Source: Saccostrea cucullata
Taxonomy: Eukaryota
Direction: 5' to 3'
Assembly (NCBI RefSeq): GCF_032062105.1
Contig: NW_026931375.1
Span: 372,001-436,000 of the forward strand
Length of the DNA stretch: 64,000 nt
In this document: piece by piece, positions 63,500-64,000 of the stretch
Layout: every line of letters begins with the position of its first letter
Numbering within the stretch: the stretch's first letter is position 1
Program-made: the position numbers and the translations under genes
The notes under the pieces: generated by a model
What the model was told of the DNA's origin: nothing
Databases searched by the model: none
Seen by the model: the letters and a program-made list of their open reading frames with translations, nothing else

Positions 63500-64000
63500 A
63501 GTAAAAATGCTTTGAATTAAAATGTATAATGCGTGAATTTCTACATTGCAAATCATTTACTTTTTTGAGAAATAAATGTACACAAGAGATTATAGGTCAC
63601 CTGGGCATCATGCAACAGCTTTCCAACAATTGAATTTGGTTCGTGTTTTAAACCCAAGTCATGACATTCACAATCTGAAAGACGCACCATTGCTCATCAT
63701 AACTATAAACTTAGCATGTATACTAGTAGTTTGGTTACTTAGTATACATAGACAGAATAGGAGAACAAAAAAAAATGCATTTCAACTAATCAGTAATATT
63801 AAGCAATAATCAGTAGTGTCCCCACCCCACAAAAACCCCTGACCCTAGGTCCACACATTTCACATGTATTTTGGAAAATGTACCATTGATCATCATAAAT
63901 GGTTGATTAATATAATGGAGCAGATTTCAAAGAATTAATTCATTTTCAGTATTAATTGGATCCAACCCTCCCCCCCCCCTCGTCCTCAACCAGAACACCT

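Overview
Eukaryotic, AT-rich, intron-containing genomic DNA, very probably from an oyster (Ostreidae). The taxon is inferred from a 166-bp Cg170-like satellite carried inside Helentron-type non-autonomous elements. Manual exon assembly gives four apparently intact multi-exon genes: (1) a 281-aa acidic/basic-repeat protein (-, 9702-13193); (2) a 564-aa BTB-BACK-6xKelch protein (+, 14580-17633), head-to-head with gene 1; (3) an 824-aa CCDC60-like protein (-, 22433-37131) with two frame-preserving microexons; (4) a 220-aa four-TM MS4A/CD20-like protein (+, 51004-55257). There is also an SF3B6 (p14) copy whose exon 3 has decayed (3582-6043). The largest unexplained structure is a 10.7-kb segment (37533-48224) bounded by long inverted repeats. 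It appears to sit in the 5'-UTR intron of the CCDC60-like gene and carries a ~16-copy 125-bp TGTACCC-rich array plus many nested elements. The rest is a dense set of transposons: a near-full-length frameshifted RTE LINE with a 12-bp TSD, CR1 and L1/Tx1 fragments, several Helentron-type elements with satellite cargo, and Kolobok-, hAT-, Tc1/mariner- and P-like MITEs. No prokaryotic systems, CRISPR arrays, rRNA or tRNA genes were seen. All gene models and family calls are by eye and were not run against databases.
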